62,868 bases of DNA, filler included, from Rhabdomonas costata (GCA_019059605.1; 38 parts of 38 records of this genome joined end to end with filler, not necessarily neighbours in it), one strand, 5' to 3'. Shown: positions 12,313-25,474, counted from the first letter of the whole stretch. Notes: generated by a model not told the origin, from the sequence alone. Numbers and translations are program-made.

Positions 12313-13574
12313 CTGTGAACGAAGACAGCTGGGACGGTTGGTTTGGAACCAGCCCAAAAGGTTCAAACATGTTGGAACTAAGGCTTGAGACCACCGCCAA
12401 TGCTACCAGGACTTCAGCCCTCACATACAAGATGCTCTCATCGTCTCAAACAAGACCTGCATTGATGGAGGACTAACAATAACTGTCGGTCGCGTCAACC
12501 CGTTGCGTTGATCGGGTGCTCGGAACGTAATGAGCAGAATGCTACGGTGAACTTATCGGAAAAAGTAGGAAAAAGAATACCCCGCGGAAGATCAGGCTCC
12601 CTGCAGACCTCATCCCATTGGACTTGAGAAAACCTAGGCAAAACAAAAGCAAACCAACAGAGGGGGCCGATAAACCGAGAAACCGACAGGATGAATTCAC
12701 GCAGAGGGGACATGCCCAGGAAGGGTGTAAGTCAGCCGCGCTGACACTCGCACTCCTTTATCCCAGACCTTGGCTCGCAGGCCAAGCCCGAGAGTGAAAA
12801 GATCCGTAAGTCCAGATATGTTTCCGCAGAGTGGGGGAACAGAATGCCGAAGCTCGACCCTGTTCACGAAGAAAGAGGTAGGCCCAGTCAACCACAGACC
12901 AGCAATAACTGCAACAATATGCCGCAACAGGAATCCGAGCGCCGCGCATACCACCCGCCAAACCTCACTGCAAGCGCGTGCATGGCGAGCAAAAGGGACT
13001 TTTAAACTTTCCCCATAAGCACCGTTTGAGACAGAGAGAATAAATGAGAACAGATGGAACCAGGCTGAAAAAGATGGATAGAAACTGGGAGGGGGACTGC
13101 AGAAAAAACTGGTGTGTGCGCGGGGTTCCTGTTGCGGCATATTGTTGCAGTTATTGCTGGTCTGTGGNNNNNNNNNNNNNNNNNNNNNNNNNNNNNNNNN
13201 NNNNNNNNNNNTTAATTAATTAANNNNNNNNNNNNNNNNNNNNNNNNNNNNNNNNNNNNNNNNNNNNGGTGGGGGTGAGGGTTTAGGGATAAAAATTGGC
13301 GGCAGGTCTGCCCTAGTTTCTTATCCCTAAACCCTCACCCCCTTCTCCTTCCAACTATCGCTCACTACACGCCACATCGTTGCTCGAGTTGTGCCTGTCG
13401 CTTGTTATTCTCCTGAATGACGATGCCCCAACGGCAACCCATAGACTTGAGGTATGGTTGTATACCTTCCCTTGATGAAATCCGTCATTCATCCTCAGGG
13501 AACGCATCTGCGTATACAGTACGGCATGTTTGTTTTTCGCGGGCTTTGTCTTTTTTTTTGCGTCGTTTTCTCAG

Positions 13575-14825
13575 ATGGAGCGAGACGATGAAGACCACGG
13601 ATAGTTTCTCGGCTGACCTCTTCAGCGAGTTTACCTTTCGGTGGCGGTACTGGCGACTCCTGGACCTTCTTCACAAGCTCAGCATCCTGCTCTCCACGAT
13701 GTACATCTCGAATCTCACCCCCCTGAACCCTGGTGCGTTCCTCTCTCGTGAGTGGAACTTTTTGGTGCGTTTAATAAAAAAAAATGGCAACATTGTGGTG
13801 CTGGCGTGTCCCGCTGGAGACTGATTCCCATTGAAAAACCCTGATTTGCGGCCCTCGAGCTGTGAGGATCTTTCGGGGTGTCGGTTGCAGGATTTGTCGG
13901 GCTGGTTGTGATCATGGGCTTGCACTTCACGGTGCTATTGATTGTTCTGGTGGCCCGGCCGCACCGGTTTCGGGCTGAGTTTGTCATTGTGGCGATCATT
14001 CAGGCTGCTCTCACAGTGAACTTTCTGATTGGTTGCTGGCCCTCTTCTCTGCCCTCAATCCCTCCGGTCTCGGTCCTTGAAGTCGCCCTCCCTTCCCCCT
14101 GCGCCGGACGCAATCCGTTCAGAGGAGTAAGGCACAGATTGAGATATTGCCCGGGGGTATGGAGAGCGGTTCCAGAATGGATCCGGACGGTACATGCGTT
14201 CCCAACGTGCATTAGCTCCCTGGGGGGAGGGGGTGCGCATCTTTTTCTGCACGCTGAGCTCAAAGTGCAGATACCTAAGGATTAGGGGGGGGAGGCATTA
14301 AACGCTTATCGTTGTTGGACGTTTTGGGACGTGTGGATAGACGGCATTATTTTAGGGGCGGAAGCCAGCCCACTGTGCAGCGGAGCGGACGGGAACGTGC
14401 CGTGGGGGGTCATGCAAATAATTCGCATTGGTTGCTCTACGAAGTTAAGCGCTTACACCGTTAAAGAGCGTGGAAATTTTTATCGGGTTAGATAGATTTT
14501 TTTCGAGCAGGGGTTACGTGAAGTATGCCTGTGCTGACCGTAGCGACCGTTTAACGGCGTAAAACGATTGACACCCCTGCCATCACCAGAAATACAACAC
14601 CCCCCAAAGAATCGAGGGAGGTTGCGTAAAATGCTGTTTTATGTGCAGCTGTGCTGCTGCTGGTGTCGATAATCCCGGAGGCCGCGACGGGGGCCGTGGG
14701 GGTGGCTGTGCTGGTGCTGAACGCCATGGTGCTCACCCTCACCCTGGCCTCCGTGGTGGTTGTGCTGTGGATGGGAATCCGAGAGAGGCGCAGGGTTCAC
14801 CCCGGTTCTGCCCCCCACACCACAA
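13575..14825 (+). CDS. Multi-pass membrane protein, TRP/PKD2-like C-terminal transmembrane region (3 exons)
   Basis: Exons 13575-13732, 13891-14031 and 14649-14825 join in frame. LFSEFTFRWRYWRLLDLLHKLSILL and VARPHRFRAE match the Y...YW....L.RK and RPY motifs of protist TRP-like proteins. Several hydrophobic helices. Confidence 0.6.
14284..14580. mobile_element. Candidate degenerate hAT-like MITE inside an intron
   Basis: Left end TAGGGGGGGGAGGCATTAAACG; right end reverse-complements to CAGGGGTGTCAATCG with AAACGG nearby. No clear target-site duplication. Confidence 0.3.
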
Positions 14826-15747
14826 NNNNNNNNNNNNNNNNNNNNNNNNNNNNNNNNNNNNNNNNNNNNTTAATTAATTAANNNNNNNNNNNNNNNNNNN
14901 NNNNNNNNNNNNNNNNNNNNNNNNNTTGTGGTGGTTACCTTGCACATTTCGAGGTCTTGGGTGCCTGTTTCTGCGCTCGACCCGCTTGAGTGGTGTTTGC
15001 TTCGTGGGCGACACGAGAAGACCATGCAAGCATCTGCAACTCTATTTTTTTCTTGGATCGTATCCTTTCCGCACATTCTACAACCAAACTTTCCTCGCGT
15101 CACACGTACGCCCAAGGGCTTTCGCCGAAAAACAGAAAGCAGCACGGTACACGGCACAGAAGAGGGTAGTCAGAGGCTGCATAACGGTCAGTTGTGGCGG
15201 ACACGCAAGTGGCACTGAAATGGAGCGAGAAAGTAGCCCGCGCGCTGGCAGTGTCCACAGCACTAGCACGCACAGCCCTTCCTTTCAACTTTCCGCTGCT
15301 CATTGTGAAGCCGTATGGCGTCCTGTGAGCCCCAACCCCAAATAAAGACATAAACCAACCAATTTTTGGGTGTTCCGCAATGGGAACACCGACTGACGCG
15401 TTTGAAACACTCTTCATGGGCGCCTAACCTCCGCACTCGTATATCCCGGTACCCGGTAGACACAAGCGCACACATTAGTGTGGATGGATTGTCATTCTTT
15501 TGCAGAGTCACCCGAGGAGAGCTGCGCTCCGCGGTACAAGATCCTAGGTGCTTTCGTCAGCGTTTTTTTTTTTGGGGGGGGATCCAGGATGCACCTTCGC
15601 CGTCACCCGCACAGACTTCGTGCATAATTTTGGTGGAGATATTTTCCTTACTCCAGCATTAAACCGCGATTTTATGGCTCTCTAAACCTCTGCGCTCGCC
15701 TGGCCTCTCTCTCTCTTACACTCTTCCATACCATACCACACACACAC

Positions 15748-15865
15748 CCGAGGGGCCATGGGGCGAACGTCGTCGGGGATGCAGTTGTCCTTCTCCAGGA
15801 TCTTCTGGATGAGAAAGCCACAGGCCTCCTCGATGTGCTTGTTCTCCTTGGCGCTGGTCTCGAAC
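15748..15865 (-). CDS. RAB32: Rab32/Rab38-like small GTPase, exon with G5 motif
   Basis: AG/GT-bounded exon FETSAKENKHIEEACGFLIQKILEK. ETSAK is the G5 box, and the context matches Rab32/38 (WFETSAKxNxNIEEAxxFLVxKIL). Confidence 0.8.
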
Positions 15866-16583
15866 CTGCGTGCGAGTTGAGCCCGAGAGCTGACGTGGAG
15901 CCGAATTCTCTGCCCCCTGGTGGCCTGGTGCCCCTTCCTTTCCCTGCTATGGGAGGCAGATTTGCCCCATTCGGATGTGCAAACGTGAATGGCTACTGCA
16001 CCTCACTCAAGGCGATGAAGGAACCGACGCTCTCTAGTGTTTGCCGTATTGGACTAGAGATGTGATCTGTCGCAGCCAACGCTGGGGACGATAATGGTCT
16101 GCGGCAGGCTGAGATCAAGGAGAAATGCAATCGTGCTGCCTGCCATTGTGATGGGGTTCTGGATGATCTGATGGGCCATCCACAGGTGTTTGTTAGTCGA
16201 CACGTGTGTGTGTGTGTGTACGTCGTGAGGGCTGAGGACTTTTTCGTCCCCCCCCTCCCCGGATATTCACTCTTGCTTAGCGGCGCTGTTCACGTGGTGA
16301 GTTCTGATCGCTAATCATGTGCAGCGAACGCTATTCAACCCTGCGCGTTCGCTACTCACCCTGCACACAAACTCTTCCAACACATTTCACTTCTGTCATA
16401 CCACAGAACCTTTCGCACATGAAAAGTCGCTGAAATGAGAGCAACTTGACACAAGTGCATCTAAAAATGACCCACCACCCACANNNNNNNNNNNNNNNNN
16501 NNNNNNNNNNNNNNNNNNNNNNNNNNNTTAATTAATTAANNNNNNNNNNNNNNNNNNNNNNNNNNNNNNNNNNNNNNNNNNNN

Positions 16584-17785
16584 TTGTTTGGTGGTAGCGG
16601 AACAGCAGCAGGGTGGTGCCGTTGGGGAGGAGGTAGGGTGCAGGGTTGGTCAGGCCCTCACGAGGGCCTTCCATGATGGTCCGCACGTGCCACCGGCGGA
16701 GGTCATCGGAGGATGCCACGCTGATCTCGCCTCTCCAAAAGAAGAAAAACCCGAATAGGACAAAAGTGTTGAACAGGATGTGAAAGTCTTGTTCCAGGGC
16801 TTTGGCTGAATGTTCAAATCAAACCCCATATTCTGAGTTCTAGAGGTATCCAAGAGTTGAAATGAGAATCTTGGAGTGCAAATGACGCGCATACTCTTGG
16901 AAGCTTGATATTAGTCACACAAAAATCCAGTCTAACAAGACGAAGCCTGACAAAAACATTTGACTTGGCTCCATGCCAGGGTGACAACACACTTGCACGC
17001 ATTGTGGTGCAAAAGGCGCCCGCTCATCAACCCGCAGGCATACCGTACGGCCGGCGAATGTAAAACACCAGCACCGTGCCCGTGGGGCTAACCACGGCGG
17101 CGGGATTGTGACCATATCCGTGGCCCACGGACCCCACGTACGAGAAGGGCCCCGTTGCGGAGTCAGAGACAAGGTGGACAACTACCGACTTGTGCCTCCA
17201 CTCCCTCACCGTGGCCCGCCCTAGCAGTCGGAGCGTGAAGGAGTGATATAGGAGTGACGGCTTGCCTCACTCCTTGCCGTGAGTCTGTAGGGATAGTCCT
17301 AAACACATGCTCACGAAGAGAAGGGAAGGACGTAAAATCTGGTGCTAAGGGTTTGATTTCGTTTTCGTTTTCGTTTTCGTTTTCGCTTTCGTTTTCGTTT
17401 CCTTCTTCTTTGGTTTCCATTAAAGATCCGCGAGTGCAATTGTCGCTTTGCAACTGCAAGGCTGTGCAGAACAAAGAAAGATAGGAGATGAGTGCGACTA
17501 CCTGCAAACTGGGACGCAAAGAGGTGCCACCGACCGTCGCGAAGGAGCAATCCCGAAGCGCCCCATGAGGAGGCTCCCCTGGCGCGGCGGTACCCCGACT
17601 CCTCCTCTGGCCCCCCAGCGGACGCGCCGCCGTCCTGGACACCGGGCCACCCCTTAAGAACGGGCTGAAGGTCCAAAACGGAGCAGTTCGGGGCGGTCCA
17701 TGGGGCGTCGCAAACGCACCGGCGAGTGTCTGGCGCACAGCCCCCTGCCAGGCTGCAGTCCAGATCCGTTTGCGTTTGCCGGAGC
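16584..17785 (-). CDS. EGF-like domain + GH43-like five-bladed beta-propeller glycoside hydrolase (3 exons)
   Basis: Exons ~17785-17502, 17220-17044 and 16730-16584 splice in frame: DCSLAGGC..CVCDAPWTAPNC (EGF-like), SSWG..GRWHLFASQF, W..KSVVVHLVSDSATGPF, HNPAAV, TNPAPYLLPNGTTLLLFR. Confidence 0.75.
17357..17402 (+). repeat. (GTTTTC)n intronic hexamer repeat
   Basis: About 7 copies, directly visible. Confidence 0.9.
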
Positions 17786-18598
17786 ACAGAGGTTCGAGTG
17801 TGCGTTGTAACTGAAGGTGGATTCACTACTTTCCTATCAGACCACAGACGACACGCCACGTTCCCTCCGCACGGTCACGTCAATGACTGGCCTTCGCCCC
17901 TAAACTGATGCTGTCCCACTTTGCCTTAGCCAGGAATGGTTTTGGAATGCTATGCAGATGCGCTCACCCAGGGAGCAGTGGAACTGCTTACCTAATCGTT
18001 TCGAGTAACGGCACATTTTACTTTACTCTTTTCAAGTTAATTTGGCAAAAGGTTCACGTCAGCTTTCAGTTACCAGTGGTTCCTGTAACACACACAGACA
18101 CACACAGACACACGCACACCCCCCCAACCACACCCAACACNNNNNNNNNNNNNNNNNNNNNNNNNNNNNNNNNNNNNNNNNNNNTTAATTAATTAANNNN
18201 NNNNNNNNNNNNNNNNNNNNNNNNNNNNNNNNNNNNNNNNCACCCAGCCTACGCTAAAAGTCAGCATTGACCCAATGGGGGAAAGGGGTGTTCGAGCTGG
18301 GGAATTATTGACCCTAAAAAGTGCAATTTAAAATCGAGCTTTGTCAGGTGTTGTGGGTGCTGTCATAAATCCGTCGCTGCTGTGAGATGAGAAAGTTTGT
18401 GACGGCTTTTTGTGACCTCCAGAGTACTCTTCAAGGCGCCCATACATGGGGCAAGAAGCAGCGCCAAAAACGAAGGAGCTGTCATAAGGCACCACAACGT
18501 GCCAGGGGTGAAATGCCTCAAAGGCGCACGAAAAGGAGCGGGAGAAAGACTGATTTTTAGCCCCCGCTCTCCTCTTTGCCACACAATATCTCTCGCAG

Positions 18599-19207
18599 GC
18601 CAGTCCTGTGCAACCTTCGGCGGATGCCTCGTGCCCACCTCATTTCCTAACATCTCCAAGGTTTGCCCGCAGGACCCGTGCACCGAGGCAGATGAGTGCT
18701 GCATGGAAGGTGCCCTCTCTCGCTTGCTTTCCTTTTTCTCTCTTGCCCCCATGCTTTCCGCATTCGCCTTCCCAGCCCCAGCAGGGTAGGAGTTTCTCCT
18801 TTATGAAAGGACGGTTTACAGGTTAGAGAGGAGTTCCTATCGTGCTTTGAAGTGCCACGTGGACGACGCGTTTTTGTCTTTTTCACTCATAGCTCATGGG
18901 GGGTCCTTTTTGTTTCAGTTTGCAATGTCATTGTCGTTGGGAGGCAAGGGCCGAGTTCTGAAATTAATGGCTTGTACATCCCGTGCGAGTTACACAATTT
19001 GCATCCAAAGTACTGCCAAATCTTCATTGACGTGGTGCTCTTCTATTCCTACGGGTACTGGATTATCACATTTGCGGACGCGACCTGGTACCGCCTGGCT
19101 GAAAACCCTAGTAGCGTGCCCAGCCCTGACCTTGTGAACAACTCGTGGTCGGTTTTGAGCGAGTGGGAATATTCTGTGGACTTCGAAGTGGAATCATTCT
19201 GCTCAGG
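18599..19207 (+). CDS. Cysteine-rich extracellular protein fragment (2 exons)
   Basis: Exon 18599-18709 QSCATFGGC..VCPQDPCTEADECC. Exon 18919-19207 VCNVIVVG..INGLYIP..HPKY..LFYSYGYWII..W. Both AG/GT-bounded. Confidence 0.55.
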
Positions 19208-20119
19208 TGTTTGCCCGCCCTGCGTCAACGCCTGCGTTATCTATTTGCCAAGGATATCCTGTTTCCCCTATTCCTCGTATCCGGGCTTGTGCATAGGGTC
19301 TGCTTCCTTTGTTGCCAGTTTTGTCCTCGTACTCTTGGCTCGGTCTTGTGCCTTTGAAAGGTGCATACCTGCTACCGCAGCGCGTCACCCGTGTCACCGC
19401 AAATCGAGACTTTTCTGTTTGTATCATCAAGGTGTACAGTTTTTTTGGGGGGGTTAAAATTAAAATCGAATACTATCTCCAAAGGTTGCTTGTTCAGTCT
19501 TAGCGCAAGTCCGTGTACTGAGAATGGCATTTTTCTCCAGTGTGTGGTGCAGTGTTTTTTTTACTCTATTTAAATTTTTTGTTTCACTCTCTCTGGACCA
19601 TCCTGTACGGTTTACTCCACTCAATTCAATTGTTCGGCGGCTTCGTTTGAGCTAATCCTTTTATACAGAGGCCGCGACTCGGCTCCCCCTTTCTTTTTGT
19701 TTGGTCGTGTTGATCTCCGGACAGGCTTGCGGGGTGCGCCATCCCGATTCTACTATTTGCACCCCGTTTGTGCGGGCATGCCTTGTTCTGTTTTACTANN
19801 NNNNNNNNNNNNNNNNNNNNNNNNNNNNNNNNNNNNNNNNNNTTAATTAATTAANNNNNNNNNNNNNNNNNNNNNNNNNNNNNNNNNNNNNNNNNNNNCA
19901 AGTCCTTTACTGCGGTCCAAAAGTTCCTCGTTCTCGCGCCTGAGAGCCTAAGAGTAAGACAAAGACGAAGAAGCAGGAGAAGCAGAGAATCACACCTTCG
20001 CAAATGGCGACATTAAAAACCACAAGCCCAAAGCTCTAATCCAACAACAACAATCCAGTATATTTGCTCTTAAACAAACGGACTCCTCAAAATGAGCAGG
20101 CAAACGATGAGGAGCGCAA

Positions 20120-21455
20120 ACTTCGGACTCTTGTTCCAGCCGTTGCATGAGTTCGCCGCGGTGCTGCAATTGCCGTGCAAGTTCTTCCAGACGTGGCTTT
20201 GTCTGGCGACGGTGCAGCGCAGGCCATTCCTCGGCGTAATAAACCTTGTGGTGACACCCAAAACACACATACCATTTCGATCTCAGATCAGCAGCGAAAC
20301 TGACCTCACAATGGAAAGCCGCACACCAGAGCTTGCCGAAGTTTCTGGAGTTCCCTTTGCTGCTCGATTAGACTGCCCTGGTGAGCCTGTAACCAGCCAT
20401 AAAAGCAGCACATCCGGTGACCACGAGAACAAAAAAACAGGAACGCAATCAAAGAAAAGGGCATTGGGAAAGCTGCCAACCACAATCATTCTGCAAAGGC
20501 AAGCCACGGAACCCTCGTCCCTTCCGTACCTCTTTCAACTCAGCAGCTTTTTGGTTCAATCGCTGAATAGCAGTCTTCTGCTCGTTCAGAAGGAGATCCT
20601 TTTCAGCAATCTGTGTAGGCACAGCGGAGGGTGCACGGGGGGGTCAACCGGTGACGAGCCGAAAACCACGAAATTGACTGAACAGTGTAGCGCACCGCTT
20701 TGGAGTAGCCCGTTGCCACCTGCAGCAGCTCTCGAAGCTGCTGCTCGTGGTGTTCTGCTTGCAGGGCCCTCTGCCGCGAAGCCCACAAGAGAAAATCAGC
20801 GGCCTGGGACTTGGAACATTCCAAATCTTTGACGAGGGATGCCGTGCGGTGCTCCTGAGCTCGAAGGGATGCCTAAAAGACAGTCAGTGCAATAAAGTCA
20901 TGATGATGAAAACGGATCTCAGGGGCGGAGAGTAAGTGCGAAGAACGCGCAAATACGATAGAAGTGAAATTCATTCGAAGGACATTCGCAATAATTGGCC
21001 CTTGGTCGCCTTCTGCAGCTTGAGTCTTGCTGCAGCCACGCGTAGTGTCAGCGAAATTCGGACTGCTCATCTGATGCCTTCAAATTAGTAGCGGCGAGTC
21101 ATACCAGTCACACCAGTTCATAAAATAGTGTGAAAAAAGGTCCATCGATGAACGCCGGAACATTTCGAGCAAAGACAAAACAGTGCACATACTGCGTCAA
21201 AATCGAATGGAAAAATCAAGCATGCCTGTGCACTTCGAAGCTCGTCCTTGAGGGCGATCAGATTCTCCGGGACAACCGAAGGGCTCTCACCCCAAGCCTG
21301 GCGCTCCTCCTGAGCCCTCGCAAGGGATAGCTTCAGCTCCCCAAGGATACGCCGGCGAGAATCCAAAAGGGCTTGGCCCTTACACTGCGCCTCCTGCTGC
21401 CTCTCCGCAGCCTCACTCAGCCCCTTTAGCTCCATCCGCTGCTGCACACCCCCAC
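20120..21455 (-). CDS. Coiled-coil protein fragment (multi-exon)
   Basis: Heptad-rich exons QQRMELKGLSEAAERQQ.., IAEKDLLLNEQKTAIQRLNQKAAELKE and LEELARQLQHRGELMQRLEQESE. Confidence 0.6.
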
Positions 21456-22491
21456 NNNNNNNNNNNNNNNNNNNNNNNNNNNNNNNNNNNNNNNNNNNNT
21501 TAATTAATTAANNNNNNNNNNNNNNNNNNNNNNNNNNNNNNNNNNNNNNNNNNNNTGTTGGGTTTTTTTTTTGAAGACTGCGAGTGGTTGAATAGACTCA
21601 GTGTACTGGAGTTTGCCTTTTCCGGCTTCACTCTGCGGTAAGTGGTATTTACGCACTCACCTGCACGGAATCGCCCGAAGAAAAATCGCACGAGGCATTT
21701 CGCAGCATTGTATATACTATACTTTTAGGTCTGGCTCTAAGAACTTCGGGTGTTCATTACAAAACATATGCGCTTAGACAACGGCAATGACAGTAGAAAA
21801 AGGCTTCTAATGCAAAAGCTTCACATACCATTTCTGAGCTTCTGAATGTAACGTACCCTAATTTTTCCTAATGGTTCTGTGTTCTCATGCACCCATCTTC
21901 ACCCCCTGCAATGCTTTGTGAGCGTTGATATTTTCACTTGTTTGGCTGCTGCGCCATGTAGATGCAACGTCCAGTCGAACCTTGTGCGGGGCCTTCTCGG
22001 GGTCCACCACGCAAACCTCGGAAGGGCGCGGGCATCAATGGCATCACCCGAGAAGAGCTGGGTGTGCACACTAAGTTCTGCTTTAAAACTTACGTAACTT
22101 TAGCTGCTTTTGCTGCGTTGCTATGAGTGCATGTCGGCTTGGATGCGACCTCTTGGTGTAGTGGCAAGCGAAGGCTTTTCAATTCCTGGTCCTCTGTGGC
22201 ATTACCAGCTGGAATTGCTCTCTTTATGGAGTCGGAGCAGCAATGGCTGTCCGGTGGTTTTGCTGGACTGTTTCTTGCGAACGAGCACCCACATTATTTT
22301 TGTTTCAGCGCAAAAAGTATCGAATCCAATTCTGTGCAATATCAGTAGCCATACCTTGCAGGCAAGCAAGAACCAAAGGGCTGGGTGAACCAGAACCTCA
22401 AAAGAAGTGTTAGGGTTTGCTTACACAGCTCGCTGAGTCCCGAACCGCACGGAATCACCCGCGCACCCCTTTCCTGTCCTTGCGGTCTCAG

Positions 22492-22710
22492 AGGAAACTG
22501 TGCGCAGCGCCCCAGAGCTTGCAGGGGTGTTCCAGGAGGTCCGTGCCCTTGCTCACCAGCGCGCTCTGTTGACCGAGAAAAGGGCGGAGGTGCAGCGGCT
22601 TCTCCACGGCCCTGCCTTGGGCACGGCGCTTGCCGCAGTTGTTGCTCGGGAGGCTGGGTCCTCGCCCTGTCCCATCCCGTCTGCAATGCCCTACTCGCAG
22701 TTCCTCATTG
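22492..22710 (+). CDS. Hypothetical protein exon
   Basis: GC-rich helical segment PELAGVFQEVRALAHQRALLTEKRAEVQRLL.. ending at a GT donor. Confidence 0.35.
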
Positions 22711-23213
22711 GTAATGTGTGTGTTGGATGTTCTGTGATCACAGGACCCTCTCTGGCTATCCTCTGGGCCAATCGTCCTTCTCGTCAGAATATGTGTTTGC
22801 CCTACCCTGCTGTAAGTATTTTTTTTCCCAACCCCCCAGAGCTTTCCAGCTTTTTTGTTGGTGGGTTCCGAATGCAACCCTTGGGATCCACGTCACAAAT
22901 TTCGGAGTAGTGCCCCCCCCCCTTTTTTTTTCCAGAGATGCAGCTTCATATTGGTTTCGCTTATGATGAAGAGAGTTAACTGGAGCTAATAATTAGTCCC
23001 TCCTTGCCATTTGCCGTTCTTCCCTGCACTGGACCTAGCGCTGGACCGCTGTGCCATACTTGCCTTTCCATTTAAGGGGTGTCAACGCACACCGATGACA
23101 CCCACACCCACACNNNNNNNNNNNNNNNNNNNNNNNNNNNNNNNNNNNNNNNNNNNNTTAATTAATTAANNNNNNNNNNNNNNNNNNNNNNNNNNNNNNN
23201 NNNNNNNNNNNNN

Positions 23214-23928
23214 TTGTCCCCGCCGCTGACGGTGCGGTCAATGCCGGTGTGTGGGAGCCTGAGAGTGCTGGGCGGAGGGTCGGTGCGCTTGGGGCAGGCC
23301 GTGGCCGCGGGCCTCACTCTGGTGTTCTCGTGCGACGACCCTGGGTTCACTTCTGGGGAGATCGTGTACCAAGGCCAGACCGGCAGCTCTGTGGTACAGG
23401 TTACTTCCACACACACACACACACACACCTGGGCTTCGTACACATCCTACCCCAAGCCCAGCGCGTGATCCCTAGGCGGATTCTCAGTGTCTGTGATGTC
23501 TTTTCTCCTCTGCCGGGGCTTCATTCTTCTGCCTTTCGCCTCAGCAAACGTTTCTCGTTCCCCATTGGCGTCTGTGACTCATGTGTGTTTATATAGGCAT
23601 CCCATAGATGAGGAGCTCCGTGTAATGTGAGTTGATCCCAGAGACCGGATTGGGATTGGGGATGGGCTGGAGGTGCAGACCTGCTGCAACCCCTCGCTAA
23701 TGTCTGGGCAACACGATCCTTTCTCTCCCTCCCTCCCTCCCTCCCTCTCTCCGTCTCTCTGTCTCTCTCTCCAGGGACGGGTTGTGCTCCGCCGAGCCTC
23801 ACCCCCCGGGGCCGCCAACCTCACCGTCTCGGCCGTCAGTGGAACGCACGTCCAGTTTTTTCTCCCAGTGGTGTACCCTGACACCCACGAGGGTGTCACC
23901 TGTACAGTGGTCACCCTGCCTTCCCAAG
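23214..23928 (+). CDS. Beta-rich (Ig/cadherin-like) surface protein fragment
   Basis: Exons 23214-23399 and 23775-23928: ..LTLVFSCDDPGFTSGEIVY.. and ..ANLTVSAVSG..VTCTVVTLPSQG. The TxVTLPxxG pattern recalls cadherin-like/Big_9 repeats. Confidence 0.45.
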
Positions 23929-24624
23929 GTATCTGAACTTTTTGGGGGGGAAGGCTGGGGGAGGAGGTTCCGTTTGGCTTGCCCGTCTCCCCCTCTGGAA
24001 TGCGGCGTAGTTGGGTCCCTGCTCTGGGTTCAAAGATGGGGAGGGATATGCAAGCGGTCGATGATGCGGTGGGGCACGCTGAGAAAGGATAGATGGTGTC
24101 GGTTATGCGGTTCAAGATCTCCCTTTTTGAGTTCCGAACGCCGGTTTCGAAGCTGTTTAGTTTGCCTCAGCGCTCTGCCCGTCACATCAAAGGCACGGAG
24201 GAGGGGGGTTATGGCGGATTCCCGCATGTGATCAAAGATGTTGTGTGATCAGTGGTGGGAGGGGGCTGAACAAGAGGAGTCCGAGATGCAGATTCGTCGC
24301 CTACGTTGTCTAGGTCAATGGGCAAGTAAGAACAACAGAGCTGGAATGAGGTTTTCTCCACTGAAGGACGTCAGTATATATGCACTAAAGAAGCTGCCAG
24401 GGTTGGACCGTTACATCCTCTGCCAGTGTCCTGTGCCCAGTGCCCGCGCACTTGTCTATAATACCTATGTATGGTAAGCCTATAATTTTCTGTGCATCCC
24501 CACCAGCACTGGTGGTATCCTCACCAAGACTCATTCCCTCATTCCCAAGCCATATCGCCGCTTGCACTGGCTTCACAAATACTCCTCAGCGGCATCTCGC
24601 ATTTGGGCCCTCACTGGTGTAAGT

Positions 24625-24770
24625 GTGAGTGAGTCGCAACAAGCAAGGGGACGTTGCGTTACCCTCTGAGACGCTCGTGACACACCAGAGGTTAGACGCT
24701 GGCCTGAAGTGGTGTCACGAGCGTCTCGGAGGGTAACGCAACGTCCCCTTGCTGGTTGCGACTCACTCAC
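24625..24770. repeat. 59-bp imperfect inverted repeat with 28-nt loop
   Basis: Arms 24625-24683 and 24712-24770 differ at two positions, one giving a G-U pair. Confidence 0.9.
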
Positions 24771-25474
24771 NNNNNNNNNNNNNNNNNNNNNNNNNNNNNN
24801 NNNNNNNNNNNNNNTTAATTAATTAANNNNNNNNNNNNNNNNNNNNNNNNNNNNNNNNNNNNNNNNNNNNTTTTGGTTGTATCTTATCTAGTTGCTGCTT
24901 CATACCGATCAATGGGGGGATGTCGACCATGCTCGTGCTGGAGTATTGAGGTTATGTGGCCCCAAATTTGTCGTTTTGTCGGGGGGCGCCGCAGCTCCAA
25001 GAGAGTTTCACCCTCACTTAAATCGGAACAAGGCATGTCCGCACAAATGACGGTCATGTGCGAAAACATAATTACTTGGCACAAAGTATTGGAACAAAGA
25101 CAGGTGATCACAGAGGTTTGCCGAATGTTGATGGTGTGAACTCCGTAAAAGAGGTTAACGGCGGCAATGCAAACTAGGTACGAGGAAAGCAGGGAACGTC
25201 CGACGGCCGAAAGGGACGTGAACGTAAGGCTCCCGTCGAAGCCGGTCCATATGAGCCACACGACTCCATGTGAACTTAGATACGGACATCACCCTGTCGA
25301 AGAACGGCGAGGAAGGTAAATAAAGAGTGGTCGATTGACAGGGTCGGTGACATAAGTTTTGGTGGAACAGTTTTTTTTCCGGTTGCCGGCTTCGCAGGAA
25401 TCTCTGAAAGACATGTCCGGCACATTTCCGCAGGTCTTTTTGCGACAAAAAGTTCAAAAAGTTCAAGGTTCACC

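Noticed and set aside
12440-12460. In-frame TGA upstream of the RAB3GAP1-like exon as Sec or Trp readthrough
   Set aside because: A good CAG acceptor at 12313-12315 places this region outside that reading frame.
18885-18907. LIAHGGS peptide shared with 5718-5741 on the minus strand
   Set aside because: In this contig it lies in the intron, outside the coding frame; probably coincidence.
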